Shown: positions 26,089 to 36,599 of the stretch, piece by piece
How the letters are laid out: every line of letters starts with the position of its first letter
Numbering within the stretch: position 1 is the first letter of the stretch
From: Polyangiales bacterium
GTDB lineage: Bacteria; Myxococcota_A; Polyangia; Polyangiales; Houyiibacteriaceae
Length of the DNA: 64,000 nucleotides
Reading direction: 5' to 3'
Assembly: GCA_035466435.1 (NCBI GenBank)
Contig: DATIUW010000166.1
Coordinates: forward strand, 15,823 to 79,822
Program-made: the position numbers and the translations under genes
Notes under the pieces: model-generated
What the model saw: only the letters and a program-made list of their open reading frames with translations
What the model was told of the DNA's origin: nothing
Database searches by the model: none

Positions 26089-27387
26089 TCAGTCGAGAAT
26101 GCGATGCATGGCGGCGAGCACCTCCCGTCGGAGCTCGGCGGGAAAGATCAGGCGCGGGCGTTCGATGCGCTTGTTTCGCAGTTGCCCCAACAAGAATGAT
26201 GCGTCGCCCAGGCGCTGCAGTGGCTGATGGCGGAGCACCACCCACAGGCCGTTCGCGCTTCCGTCCACCGGCTCGGCGTACGGCACGTCGTCTGCGACAT
26301 CGAGCCAAACCGTGAGGTCGGGCCGAATCCCTCGCGCGGAGACGATGTCCTGCGCACGAGCCAGGGCCTCCTGCCAAACCTCGGGACGATGATCCGGTAG
26401 TGGGACGGTCTTCGGGAGGGCCCGGCAGCGCAGTCTCTTGCTGAGCTCGGCGAGGGTCGTGTCGCCGCCGTGCTCCCACGCGCTCAGGCACGTGAGCAGC
26501 TCCGCATCATCCATGCGCAGATATTCCCCGAGTGACAACGATTCGCCGAGCGCAGCCGCGCGAAACGCAGGCAACAGCGGCTCGGGAGGCGTCCCGTCGA
26601 AGATCAGCTCGCTGACCCGCATGAAGATCGCCCTGACCAGTGCTTCAGCCGCGCGTGTGGCCTTGTGGTGATACACCTGCTCGTACATGAAGTGCCGTCC
26701 GAGGAAGAAACTCTCGGCCGGAGGCAGGCCCTTGCGTCCCTGTATTGCGAGGACCCAGCGATCGTTCACCGAGGCAAAGGTGAGCGCGCGCAGCAGCCAG
26801 TCGAGGTCGTATAGGCCGTACCGCACCCCAGTCATGTGGCTGTCGCGCAACAGATAGTCGGCACGGTCCACGTCCAGCGTTCCACTGACGCTTTGGCTCA
26901 AATAGCCGAGCCGATAGCTTCCGTTCAGCAGGCTCGCGACCCGTTCCGACATCCCAGCGGAAATGCCCTCCATGGTGCGGTGGACCTCGGTGGACGGATC
27001 GAGAAGGATTTCTTGGGTCCATTGCTCGTGATGCTTTGCATGGGGCAGAACCTCCTCGAACAAGTGCGAAAACGGACCATGACCCAGGTCGTGAAGAAGC
27101 GCTGCCGCGAGCCCGTCGGCTTTGGCTTCCTCGTCGAGTCGTTGATCGGGTGGAAGCTCGTGGGCGCACGCGTCGATGCGATCTTGTAGCGCCTGCATGA
27201 CGTATGCCGTCCCGATCGCGTGTGAGAACCGCGTGTGCTCGGCGCCAGGGAAGACGAGCGATGCGAGTCCGAGCTGACGGACGCGCCGCAAGCGCTGAAC
27301 CTCGCGCGTATCCAGCAACGACCGTACGACCCGTTCCGCCGTGCCTTCGAAGGCGATCAAACCGTGGACCGGGTCCCTGAGGATCAC
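26089..27387 (-). CDS. HD-domain metal-dependent phosphohydrolase (COG1078/SAMHD1-like family)
   Basis: ILRDPVHGLIAF...EVQRLRRVRQLG...EHTRFSHAIGT...AALLHDLGHGPFSH: the H..HD..D motif arrangement typical of this HD family; 432 aa. Confidence 0.8.
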   Translation of the reverse strand: MILRDPVHGLIAFEGTAERVVRSLLDTREVQRLRRVRQLGLASLVFPGAEHTRFSHAIGTAYVMQALQDRIDACAHELPPDQRLDEEAKADGLAAALLHDLGHGPFSHLFEEVLPHAKHHEQWTQEILLDPSTEVHRTMEGISAGMSERVASLLNGSYRLGYLSQSVSGTLDVDRADYLLRDSHMTGVRYGLYDLDWLLRALTFASVNDRWVLAIQGRKGLPPAESFFLGRHFMYEQVYHHKATRAAEALVRAIFMRVSELIFDGTPPEPLLPAFRAAALGESLSLGEYLRMDDAELLTCLSAWEHGGDTTLAELSKRLRCRALPKTVPLPDHRPEVWQEALARAQDIVSARGIRPDLTVWLDVADDVPYAEPVDGSANGLWVVLRHQPLQRLGDASFLLGQLRNKRIERPRLIFPAELRREVLAAMHRILD

Positions 27388-27409
27388 CCTTTACGCTACC
27401 ACCCAGGGT

Positions 27410-28939
27410 TCAGAACGCCAGCGTCCCAAAGCGCCCGTCCCTAGGCACCGCGACGTCATAACCGCGGCGCAGCACGGCAACCGTATCGGGCTGCCATAGC
27501 GGCAGCACCGGTAGATCGCGCGCGAGGACCTCCTGGACGCGGCGATAGGCGGCTCGCCTCTCCCCGGTCTCGATTTCGGTTCGTCCGCGCTCGAAGAGCG
27601 CGTCGAGCTCTTCGTTCTGGTATCTCCACCGGTTTGCGCCTTCCTGCTGCGGTCCGGGAATCCGCGACGACTCGAAGAACCAGCTGAGGACGTGCGGCTC
27701 GATCACTTCCGGCACTTGCAGGAGCGTGATCTCGAATCGTCCCTGGTTCAGATCGGCGATCAGCGTGGCGGCTTCGGAAGGCCGCACGTCGACCTCGATC
27801 CCCACGTCCGAGAGCATTGCGGCAATCGCACGCGCGACCGATAGGCGGAAACGATCCGAGGTCGTGCGGAGCACGAGGCTCATGCGAGGCTCGGGTCCGG
27901 GCGGGTCGACGAATCCTGCTGCGTCCAACAGGGTGCGCGCTCGGCTCGGGTCGAAAGCAAGCGAAGCGCCTACCTCGGCGTGCGCCCAGTGACCACGTGG
28001 GATCCAGCTGTCTGCGACCTGGGCCAAGCCGTCGTATTTCGCACGGACCAGCAGCTCGCGATCGATCGCGTGTCCGATGGCACGCCGAACGCGCACGTCG
28101 CGGAGATTGGGCGATCTCGTGTGGAATCCGAGATACACGGTCGATATCCCTTCAGCGCGGCGTGTCTCGAACCGCGGATCATCCCGAAACATCGGCAACA
28201 ACAGAGGCGGAATCGACGCAATGGCGAGATCGCCATGCCCGGCCAACATGCGCAGGGCCCGCGTGTTGTCGTCGCGGATGACGACCAATCGAAGGCGAGG
28301 ATGCTTGGGCTTGCCGCGATGCCAGTGGGGATTGGCGCGCAGCTCCAGGATTCCTTGCTCGCGTTTCACCAGGCGGTAGGGACCGGCACCGACGGGAAAG
28401 GGATCCTCGGGAGTAGCGATGCGCCGATGAGCATCCTCGCTTCGGACGATCGGCAGCTCCAGATCGCTCAGAAAGGTGGCGTGCGGTTCGTCGAGCAGGA
28501 AGCGGATCGTGCGTGGCCCGGTGACTCGCATCTCGGCAATCCGTCGATAGTTGCGCGCGTATCGACTTCCGAGCTTCGGATCGACGATTCCTTCGAACGT
28601 CGCGACCACGTCTTCGGTATCCAATGGGCTGCCGTCGCTGAAGCGCAGCCCTTCCCGCAGCTTCACCTCGATCTCGGTCGCGCTCAGCGCGGTGACGGAT
28701 TCCGCCAGGTCGGGGGTCAGCTCGAGCGTGACGGGGTCGATCGTGACGAGCGAGGCGAAGATCAGTCGTGACACCCGAAGACCGTACGGATCCCCCACGA
28801 ACCTGGGATCGAGCTGCTCGGCATCCCGAGGAAGCATCACGACCAAAGCATTTGGATCGGTCTGTGGGGACCGACTGCATGCGATGCCGATCACTAGGAG
28901 CAAGGCCAACACGCTGCTACGCTGCGCGAGATGGCGCAC
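27410..28939 (-). CDS. ABC-transporter substrate-binding lipoprotein, family 5 (peptide/nickel type), orphan
   Basis: Family-5 SBP-like sequence throughout (e.g. LRFSDGSPLDTEDVVATFE, AGPYRLV). GTG 28939 gives the lipoprotein signal (M)RHLAQRSSVLALLLVIGIAC. Earlier in-frame starts would put more than 45 aa before the hydrophobic core. No permease or ATPase genes adjacent. Confidence 0.75.
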   Translation of the reverse strand: MRHLAQRSSVLALLLVIGIACSRSPQTDPNALVVMLPRDAEQLDPRFVGDPYGLRVSRLIFASLVTIDPVTLELTPDLAESVTALSATEIEVKLREGLRFSDGSPLDTEDVVATFEGIVDPKLGSRYARNYRRIAEMRVTGPRTIRFLLDEPHATFLSDLELPIVRSEDAHRRIATPEDPFPVGAGPYRLVKREQGILELRANPHWHRGKPKHPRLRLVVIRDDNTRALRMLAGHGDLAIASIPPLLLPMFRDDPRFETRRAEGISTVYLGFHTRSPNLRDVRVRRAIGHAIDRELLVRAKYDGLAQVADSWIPRGHWAHAEVGASLAFDPSRARTLLDAAGFVDPPGPEPRMSLVLRTTSDRFRLSVARAIAAMLSDVGIEVDVRPSEAATLIADLNQGRFEITLLQVPEVIEPHVLSWFFESSRIPGPQQEGANRWRYQNEELDALFERGRTEIETGERRAAYRRVQEVLARDLPVLPLWQPDTVAVLRRGYDVAVPRDGRFGTLAF

Positions 28940-30376
28940 CGAGCGCTTCTTGGTCTGCTGATCGCCGCCCTTTTGGCGTTCACTCCATCCGTTCTCGCCA
29001 AGGGAACCGAGCCGGTTGCCCATACCATTGCGGCCCTGGTGCGTCAGGCCGGCCTCGGCGATGGGATCGGGATTCACGTCGTTCGACTGCACGATGCCGA
29101 GGAACTCTACCGCATGCGGCCCGACCGTCCTCGGAATCCTGCATCGAACCAAAAACTTCTGACTTCAGCGGCGGCCCTTCGACGCCTCGGCCCTTCGTTT
29201 TCTGCATCGACACGTGTCGAGGGAACCATCGAGGACGGGCGTGTCGCCAAGCTGGTGATTCGCCCGTCCGGCGATCCCAGCCTGGGATACGCAGGCCTCA
29301 CGGTCTTGGCGGAGAGTATGCGCCTCCGCGGTGTCGACCAGGTCGATCGGGTGGTGATCGACGACACGTACTTCGACGACCAGATCCTGCCGCCGGCATT
29401 CGAGCAGCAGCCCCGGGAGGCTGCCGCCTTTCGCGCGGCGATTTCGGCGTTTGCAGTCAACCGCAACAGCTACGTCGTGCACCTCGGGCCCGGTCCGGAG
29501 ATCGACGGGCCGGCCCGCGTGCGCGTCCTGTCGGAGGACTACGTGCAGATCGACAACCGAACCGTCACCAAGGCGTCCGGGCCGCCGACTCCGAAGATCG
29601 ACGACGAGGTCACCCCGGAAGGCCGCCTGGCGGTCCTCGTAGAGGGCGGGATCCCGAAGCAAGTGGGCACCTTGTACTATCGCCGCCGCGTGCCGGACCC
29701 AAAGGCTTACGCAGCCAGCTTGCTGGTGCGCTCACTCAAGAGAGCCGGGATTCGGGGAGCCCTGCGTGTGGAATACGGAGCGGTCGAAGAGGCGCTGCCG
29801 CTCATCGGGCAGATGCCCTCGGCGCCATTGAGCACCCTCCTCTATGCCCTCGGCAAATGGAGTGACAACTTCACCGCCGAGATGTTGCTCAAGATCATGG
29901 GGGCACGAGCGGAGCGGCCGGGCAGCTCGGCGCGTGGCGTCGACGTGGTGCTCGCGGAGCTCGAGGAAATGGGCGTGGACACCGAAGGCCTGGTGATGGT
30001 CAACGGCTCGGGGCTTTTCGATGGAAACCTGATCTCGCCGCAGCAGATCACCCAAACGCTGGTGGCCGTCTATCGAGATCCGTCCATTTCGGCCGAGTAT
30101 CTCGCGCACCTCGCGGTCGCGGGCTCCGACGGCACACTACAATCGCGCCTCGAAGACCTTCCCCGCCCACGCATGGTGCGGGCCAAGACCGGGACGCTTC
30201 GCGACGTGATCGCGCTCTCGGGCTACGTGCTCGGCGAACCGGACCGCTCGATCGCGTTCAGCTTTTTGGCCAACGGAGTCGCGGGCAAGCACCAGGCCGC
30301 AAGAGATCTAGCCGACGACATCGTCCGAGCGCTCGCAGCCTACGCAGTCGAGCCGAGCATCGATGCAGGAGATTGA
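28931..30376 (+). CDS. dacB: D-alanyl-D-alanine carboxypeptidase/endopeptidase (PBP4, peptidase S13)
   Basis: Signal peptide MAHRALLGLLIAALLAFTPSVLA, SxxK motif in PASNQKLLTSAAAL, NGSGL region and KTG motif in RAKTGTLRDV; 481 aa. Confidence 0.85.
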   Translation: MAHRALLGLLIAALLAFTPSVLAKGTEPVAHTIAALVRQAGLGDGIGIHVVRLHDAEELYRMRPDRPRNPASNQKLLTSAAALRRLGPSFSASTRVEGTIEDGRVAKLVIRPSGDPSLGYAGLTVLAESMRLRGVDQVDRVVIDDTYFDDQILPPAFEQQPREAAAFRAAISAFAVNRNSYVVHLGPGPEIDGPARVRVLSEDYVQIDNRTVTKASGPPTPKIDDEVTPEGRLAVLVEGGIPKQVGTLYYRRRVPDPKAYAASLLVRSLKRAGIRGALRVEYGAVEEALPLIGQMPSAPLSTLLYALGKWSDNFTAEMLLKIMGARAERPGSSARGVDVVLAELEEMGVDTEGLVMVNGSGLFDGNLISPQQITQTLVAVYRDPSISAEYLAHLAVAGSDGTLQSRLEDLPRPRMVRAKTGTLRDVIALSGYVLGEPDRSIAFSFLANGVAGKHQAARDLADDIVRALAAYAVEPSIDAGD

Positions 30377-30447
30377 GGTAAGCAACGGGCTCGGAAAAAC
30401 TGACGCGATGCTGGCGCGGTGTGGGAGGGTGCGACAGGCTGTGCGCC

Positions 30448-32553
30448 ATGCGCGTGATGTTTCTGCTCTTGCTGGCTCTGTCGGGTTGCGCTCGTCACGC
30501 CGAGTCGGCTGTGGAGGTGCAACGTGCGGCACCGACGGCGCCGGTTGCGCCCGTTCATTCGCACGTGGTCACGATGCACGGCGATACGCGTGTCGACGAC
30601 TATTTCTGGCTCCGCGACAAGGAATCGCCAGCAGTCATGGGCTATTTGCGGGCGGAGAACGATTATGCGGAGATGATCATGAAGCCCACTGTGGGGCTTC
30701 AAAGCGCTCTCTATGACGAGATCGTCGGACGCATTCAGGAGACCGATCGAAGCGCGCCGTACCGCAAGGGCGGCTTCGAATACTACCACCGAACCGAGAA
30801 AGGCAAGCAGTATCCCATCTACTGTCGCAGTCCTCTCGGCGACCCCGGTCGTGAAGAGGTGCTCCTCGACATGAACGCGCTGGCCGAGGGCCGTCCCTTT
30901 CTCGACCTCGGGCTTTTCGAGGTATCGCCGGACGGCCGCTATCTCGCCTATTCCCTCGATGAAACGGGTTTTCGCGACTATACGCTTCGGGTCAAAGACC
31001 TGCGCTCGGGGAAGCTGCTCGCCGAGCAGATCGAAAAGGTCAAGTCGCTCGCATGGGCAAGCGACAACCGCACCTTCTTTTACACGGTCGACGACGAAAC
31101 CAAGCGCCCCCATCGCGTGCTTCGCCACCGCCTCGGCGTGGCAAGCGACGATTCGACATACCGCGAGGATGACGAGCGTTTCATCGTCGTGGTCTGGCGC
31201 TCTCGCAGCGGCGAATATTTGTTTCGAGGCGCGTTCAGCCACACGACGAGCGAGGTCGCCTTCTTGCCGGCCGACCGTCCGGAAGGCGCCTGGCGCATCG
31301 TGGCGGAGCGGCGTCCCGATCACGAGTACGACGTGGACCACCGAGGTGACGAGCTGTGGATTCGCACCAACGATCGGGGGCGAAACTTCCGCGTGGTCCG
31401 AGCCCCGCTCGATGATCCCGGTCCGAGCTCTTGGCAAGAAGTCGTCCCACACCGTGACACCGTCATGATCGAGCACCTCGACGTCTTCGAGGACTTCTAC
31501 GTCTTGCTCGAGCGGGAGGCCGGCCTCCCCCAGGTTCGCGTTGGAAGCGCGGATGGCTCCGAGGCGCACCGAATCGCAATCGAGGAGCCCGTCTACTCGG
31601 TATATCCGGCCGAGAACGAGGAGATGTCCACGAGCGCTTATCGTTTTCGTTACGAGTCGCTGACGACCCCCGAGTCAGTCTACGACTACGAGGTCCAAAC
31701 GAGGACCAAGCAGTTGGTCAAACGGCTGGAGGTTCTCGGGGGCTACGATCCCGGCGACTATCGGGCGGAGCGGTTGTGGGCGACCGCCGACGACGGCACG
31801 AAGATTCCGATATCGCTCGTTCGGAAGGCAGGGGCGCCCAACGACGGCGCGGCGCCGATGCTCTTGGCCGGCTACGGGTCCTACGGGTACGCGTATCCGA
31901 CGACCTTCTCTCATGCGCGTGTGAGCTTGCTGAATCGTGGGGTGACCTACGCAATCGCCCACGTGCGAGGAGGCGGCGAGCTAGGCAAGGCCTGGCACGA
32001 CCAAGGCCGGATGGAGCACAAAATGAATACGTTCACGGATTTCATCTCGGTGGCCGAGCACCTGATCGCCAAGGGCTACTCGTCGCCAGACCGCCTCGCC
32101 ATTCAAGGCGGTAGCGCAGGAGGTCTGCTGATGGGCGCCGTGGTCAATCTTCGGCCCGAGCTGTTCGCGGTCGTCGTTTCACTCGTTCCCTTCGTCGACG
32201 TCCTGAACACGATGCTCGACGAAGACCTTCCGCTGACCGTTGGCGAGTACGAGGAGTGGGGAAACCCGAACGACCCGGAAGCCTATTTTCGGATCAGGGA
32301 GTATTGCCCGTACACGAACGTGACCAAGCAGCCATACCCCACCATGCTCGTCCGAACCTCGCTCTACGACAGCCAGGTGATGTACTGGGAGCCGGCCAAA
32401 TACGTGGCCAAGCTGCGTGCTCACAAGACGGACGGCAACCCGCTCCTGTTCAAGATCAACATGGACGCGGGACATGGCGGCGCATCGGGCAGGTACGACT
32501 ATCTGAGAGAAACAGCGTTCGATTACGCCTTCCTTCTCACGCACCTGCCCTGA
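30448..32553 (+). CDS. S9-family serine peptidase (oligopeptidase B / prolyl oligopeptidase-like), predicted lipoprotein
   Basis: N-terminal beta-propeller-type region (DDYFWLRDKE..., GFEYYHR), catalytic GxSxGG in IQGGSAGGLLMG and a C-terminal NMDAGHGG His region. ATG 30448 gives MRVMFLLLLALSGC, which contains a lipobox. Confidence 0.85.
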   Translation: MRVMFLLLLALSGCARHAESAVEVQRAAPTAPVAPVHSHVVTMHGDTRVDDYFWLRDKESPAVMGYLRAENDYAEMIMKPTVGLQSALYDEIVGRIQETDRSAPYRKGGFEYYHRTEKGKQYPIYCRSPLGDPGREEVLLDMNALAEGRPFLDLGLFEVSPDGRYLAYSLDETGFRDYTLRVKDLRSGKLLAEQIEKVKSLAWASDNRTFFYTVDDETKRPHRVLRHRLGVASDDSTYREDDERFIVVVWRSRSGEYLFRGAFSHTTSEVAFLPADRPEGAWRIVAERRPDHEYDVDHRGDELWIRTNDRGRNFRVVRAPLDDPGPSSWQEVVPHRDTVMIEHLDVFEDFYVLLEREAGLPQVRVGSADGSEAHRIAIEEPVYSVYPAENEEMSTSAYRFRYESLTTPESVYDYEVQTRTKQLVKRLEVLGGYDPGDYRAERLWATADDGTKIPISLVRKAGAPNDGAAPMLLAGYGSYGYAYPTTFSHARVSLLNRGVTYAIAHVRGGGELGKAWHDQGRMEHKMNTFTDFISVAEHLIAKGYSSPDRLAIQGGSAGGLLMGAVVNLRPELFAVVVSLVPFVDVLNTMLDEDLPLTVGEYEEWGNPNDPEAYFRIREYCPYTNVTKQPYPTMLVRTSLYDSQVMYWEPAKYVAKLRAHKTDGNPLLFKINMDAGHGGASGRYDYLRETAFDYAFLLTHLP

Positions 32554-32567
32554 CGGCGTGCCTCAGC

Positions 32568-33953
<1,386 letters not shown>

Positions 33954-34345
33954 TTTCCCTCTCGCCTTCCGGTGGCGCCCTGAACTGTGTGGCACCCCGT
34001 TTTACTGGCTCAACACCGGTGGCTCCTCGATCCTTCCATGAAGCGTCGGACCACCCGTTCGACCTAGATTCCAATGCATGCACCGTGCCGGAAAGCACCG
34101 TTGAGAGGAACATAAGTCGGCTGGCTGGCTTTGTCGTCGGAGCAACCGGGAGTATATGGGCCGTTCGCACGGCTTGAGAAGGGGTGTTACTCGTGTTTCT
34201 CGGCCTGAATTCCAGTAGCAGACACTCTGATGCGTCATAGTTGTAATTTCTAAGGATTTCTCGGACATGATGGAGAAATTCCGAGATCCTCCGAGAGCTC
34301 GCCGGGGCCGATGCTCCGCCCCCTTCGCGACATTCGTGGGTCGTA

Positions 34346-34400
34346 AGTGGCTAGCTGATTAGCCACTATGCCCTCGAAGGTGGCTAGCCCACCAGCCACC
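34346..34400. promoter_or_regulatory. Two tandem inverted repeats sharing the GTGGCT/AGCCAC arm
   Basis: AGTGGCTA-GCTGAT-TAGCCACT (34346-34367; perfect 8-bp arms) and GGTGGCT-AGCCCACC-AGCCACC (34379-34400; perfect 7-bp arms). GTGGCTAGC occurs twice as a direct repeat, at 34347 and 34380. Located in the divergent region between the sigma gene and the HEAT gene. Confidence 0.45.
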
Positions 34401-34520
34401 CTCGGTGCCTTGGCCGGACGAGGGCATCCGGTCGACACGAGCGCCGCCACTCCGGCCTGGATTTGCTCCCACCCGTGGGCCCCGTGCTAGAGGTAGCGAG
34501 GGGGCGCGGATCGGGTGGGA

Positions 34521-35957
34521 ATGAAGGGTGAGCACGTCACTGCACTAGCGGTTCTGCTGCTCTCGACCGCTTTGGCCGCGCCCGCGGCGGCTGTACCAGA
34601 ACGCAGCGAGATCCAATCTGCCATTCGCGCTCTCGAGGGCGACCACGACCAAGCCGCTGCGGCGGCCCACATCCTTCGGGCCGGTGGACGCTCCGCTGCC
34701 GAAGCTATCTTCGGTGCGTGGCCGTCGCTCTCCCTCTTGGCAAAGAAGCGGGCCATCGAGCCGCTCGCGGGTCTAGCGGTGACGCACGACTCCGCGGTCG
34801 AGGCACTGGTGGTCGCGGCCCGATCCGACGACGATACGTTGCAGACGCGCAGTCTCGCCGCTCTTCAACGAGCGACGCCGCGAGGCCGTCAGGGGCTGGC
34901 TGCGCTTTTGACGGATGCCAACGTCGGCGATCGCGCGGCGATCTCGTTGGCCCGGACGGACCCGAGCTTTGCACTCGGCGCGCTGCTCACGGCCATCGCA
35001 AGCGAGGGCGGAGCCGACCGCGCCGGCCTTCGGCAGGCCTTGGCCGTGGCTTCCGAGCGCGGGGGAGATACACCGGGAGCGCTCCACTCGTGGCTGCGAG
35101 ACGAGCCGGGGGCCGACGCCGTGGCAAGCGCAGCGTTGGGGCTCAGCACTCTCGACGCGGAGCGCGCAGAGGTCGCGAAGCTCGTCGAGCACGCCATTGC
35201 GCATGCTCGAAGCTTCGCCGCCCGCTGGAGGCTCGCGCGGAGCGCCGGGCCGGCCGGTCCGAGCGAACGCATCGACTCCTGGCTCGATGCACAGCGGCGC
35301 GACCGCGAGGAATGGATGCTTCGAGACGCAGCGCTCGAAGCGCTTGCCATGCGTGGACGGCGTGAGCAGGCGCGAAGCTCGCTCGGAGATCCATATCCCA
35401 GGGTGCGTGCACGCGCAGCGGCGGTTCTCGCCGGGGACGGCGCCACGATGGTCGAGCGCGCAACACTCGCGCGCCGCGATGCCTGGCCGATGGTGCGGGC
35501 GGCCGCGGTGACCAGCCTGCGGCGCGAGGGTGAAGCGGCGCCAGTGGTGGTGGCTTCGGTCGACGACTCGATGTCCGTCGTGCGCACCGCCGCCATCGAA
35601 GCGCTTGCCACCGCACCCCACGAGGAGGGCTGGGATCGGATCCACCGACGGCTCAGAGACCGGAAGGAATGGCCGAGCGTCACGGCCGCCGCAATCGACT
35701 ACGCGGCGGCGCACTGCCGGACCGATGCGGTCGATGCACTGCTCGGGGTCGTGCTGCGAGCCGCGCCGAGCAATGCGCGGACCGAGGATCTCAACAACGC
35801 GGCACGCGCCATCGAGGCCCTCAGAATTCTCGGAACCCCCGAGTCCCGGGCTGCGGTAGACCAGCTTCGCCGAACGGACGACGTTCCGCCCACGCTGAAA
35901 ATGGCCCTGCAGCACCCCCTGCCTGAGGACGGCCGCTGCGCCTCTGCGGGCCGCTAG
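34521..35957 (+). CDS. Secreted HEAT/ARM-like repeat protein
   Basis: Signal peptide MKGEHVTALAVLLLSTALAAPAAA, then repeated Ala/Arg-rich helical units containing D..VR.AA..AL-type HEAT-repeat motifs (DPYPRVRARAAAVLA, DAWPMVRAAAVTSL, DSMSVVRTAAIEAL). Confidence 0.65.
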   Translation: MKGEHVTALAVLLLSTALAAPAAAVPERSEIQSAIRALEGDHDQAAAAAHILRAGGRSAAEAIFGAWPSLSLLAKKRAIEPLAGLAVTHDSAVEALVVAARSDDDTLQTRSLAALQRATPRGRQGLAALLTDANVGDRAAISLARTDPSFALGALLTAIASEGGADRAGLRQALAVASERGGDTPGALHSWLRDEPGADAVASAALGLSTLDAERAEVAKLVEHAIAHARSFAARWRLARSAGPAGPSERIDSWLDAQRRDREEWMLRDAALEALAMRGRREQARSSLGDPYPRVRARAAAVLAGDGATMVERATLARRDAWPMVRAAAVTSLRREGEAAPVVVASVDDSMSVVRTAAIEALATAPHEEGWDRIHRRLRDRKEWPSVTAAAIDYAAAHCRTDAVDALLGVVLRAAPSNARTEDLNNAARAIEALRILGTPESRAAVDQLRRTDDVPPTLKMALQHPLPEDGRCASAGR

Positions 35958-36007
35958 ATTGTCGGTCGCGAATCCTACGTGTTACGTTGTTTTGAATAGG
36001 GGGGAAC

Positions 36008-36598
36008 ATGGGAGCTCGTCTCATTGCCTTGATCTTGGGTGGAGCGCTGTGCGGCGCCGGGTGTGAGCAAGTCACGTCTGCTTCGGAGGCCGAGGTCGAA
36101 CAATTGCCTGAAATCGTGCCGGACCTCCCCGAGGTTCCAACGCTGCCGCCACCGCCGTTTCCAACGACGTACGAGGATGACTCGTACAGCATCTACGGCT
36201 TGCGGAGCCGACTCACGAAAGTGCTCGACACCGATCTGAGCGTCACCGGATACATCGTGGAGATCTACGAGCCGCCGCCGTGCGAGAAGCGAAAGAAAGA
36301 AGAATGTCCCAAGGCCGCCATGCCGCACATGTTCATCGCCGATACGGCCGACCAGACCGAACGCGCCGAACAGCTGATCGTGGTCGGGTATGCGGACAAC
36401 CAGGAGCAGCTCGAGCGCGCCCGGCGCGGCCGGAAGACCACGACCATCTCGGGTGACGTGCTGGTTCCGAAGGACCTGAAGGTCGGCCACAAGATTCGGG
36501 CGAAGGGTTATTTCACGCTCATCTCGTCAGGCGGCTTCAACACCAGCAATGGATTGCTGGAGTACGATTCGCACGAAACCTTGGCGCAGGCCGAGTGA
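36008..36598 (+). CDS. Lipoprotein, unknown function
   Basis: MGARLIALILGGALCGAGC lipobox; 196 aa; Pro-rich segment then a mixed alpha/beta region. GGGGGGAA SD upstream of the ATG. Confidence 0.6.
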   Translation: MGARLIALILGGALCGAGCEQVTSASEAEVEQLPEIVPDLPEVPTLPPPPFPTTYEDDSYSIYGLRSRLTKVLDTDLSVTGYIVEIYEPPPCEKRKKEECPKAAMPHMFIADTADQTERAEQLIVVGYADNQEQLERARRGRKTTTISGDVLVPKDLKVGHKIRAKGYFTLISSGGFNTSNGLLEYDSHETLAQAE

Positions 36599-36599
36599 G

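Noticed and set aside
28768-29865. 365-aa plus-strand ORF overlapping the PBP4 gene in a different frame.
   Set aside because: Arg/Pro-rich and without motifs. The 28931-30376 frame carries the signal peptide and the SxxK and KTG motifs.
33990-34005. TGGCACCCCGTTTTAC, which resembles a sigma54 -24/-12 promoter (TGGCAC-N5-TTGC).
   Set aside because: The -12 element is TTTAC, so the conserved GC is missing. The site lies inside or at the start of the sigma-factor coding region and about 500 nt from the next plus-strand gene.
34040-34300. Possible structured RNA gene (SRP RNA, RNase P RNA, 6S or tmRNA) in the long ORF-free region. Examples are CCGGAAAGCACCG and GAGAGGAACATAAGTCGG, which superficially recall SRP and RNase P motifs.
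   Set aside because: Neither strand contains the conserved cores I know (GAGGAAAGTCCGGGC for RNase P, or the GGAAGCAGCC-type SRP domain IV loop). I keep this only as an unexplained leader.
34250-34450. 66-aa minus-strand ORF inside the sigma-factor leader.
   Set aside because: It has no SD and no signal or motif, and it overlaps the inverted-repeat region. It is most likely a chance ORF.
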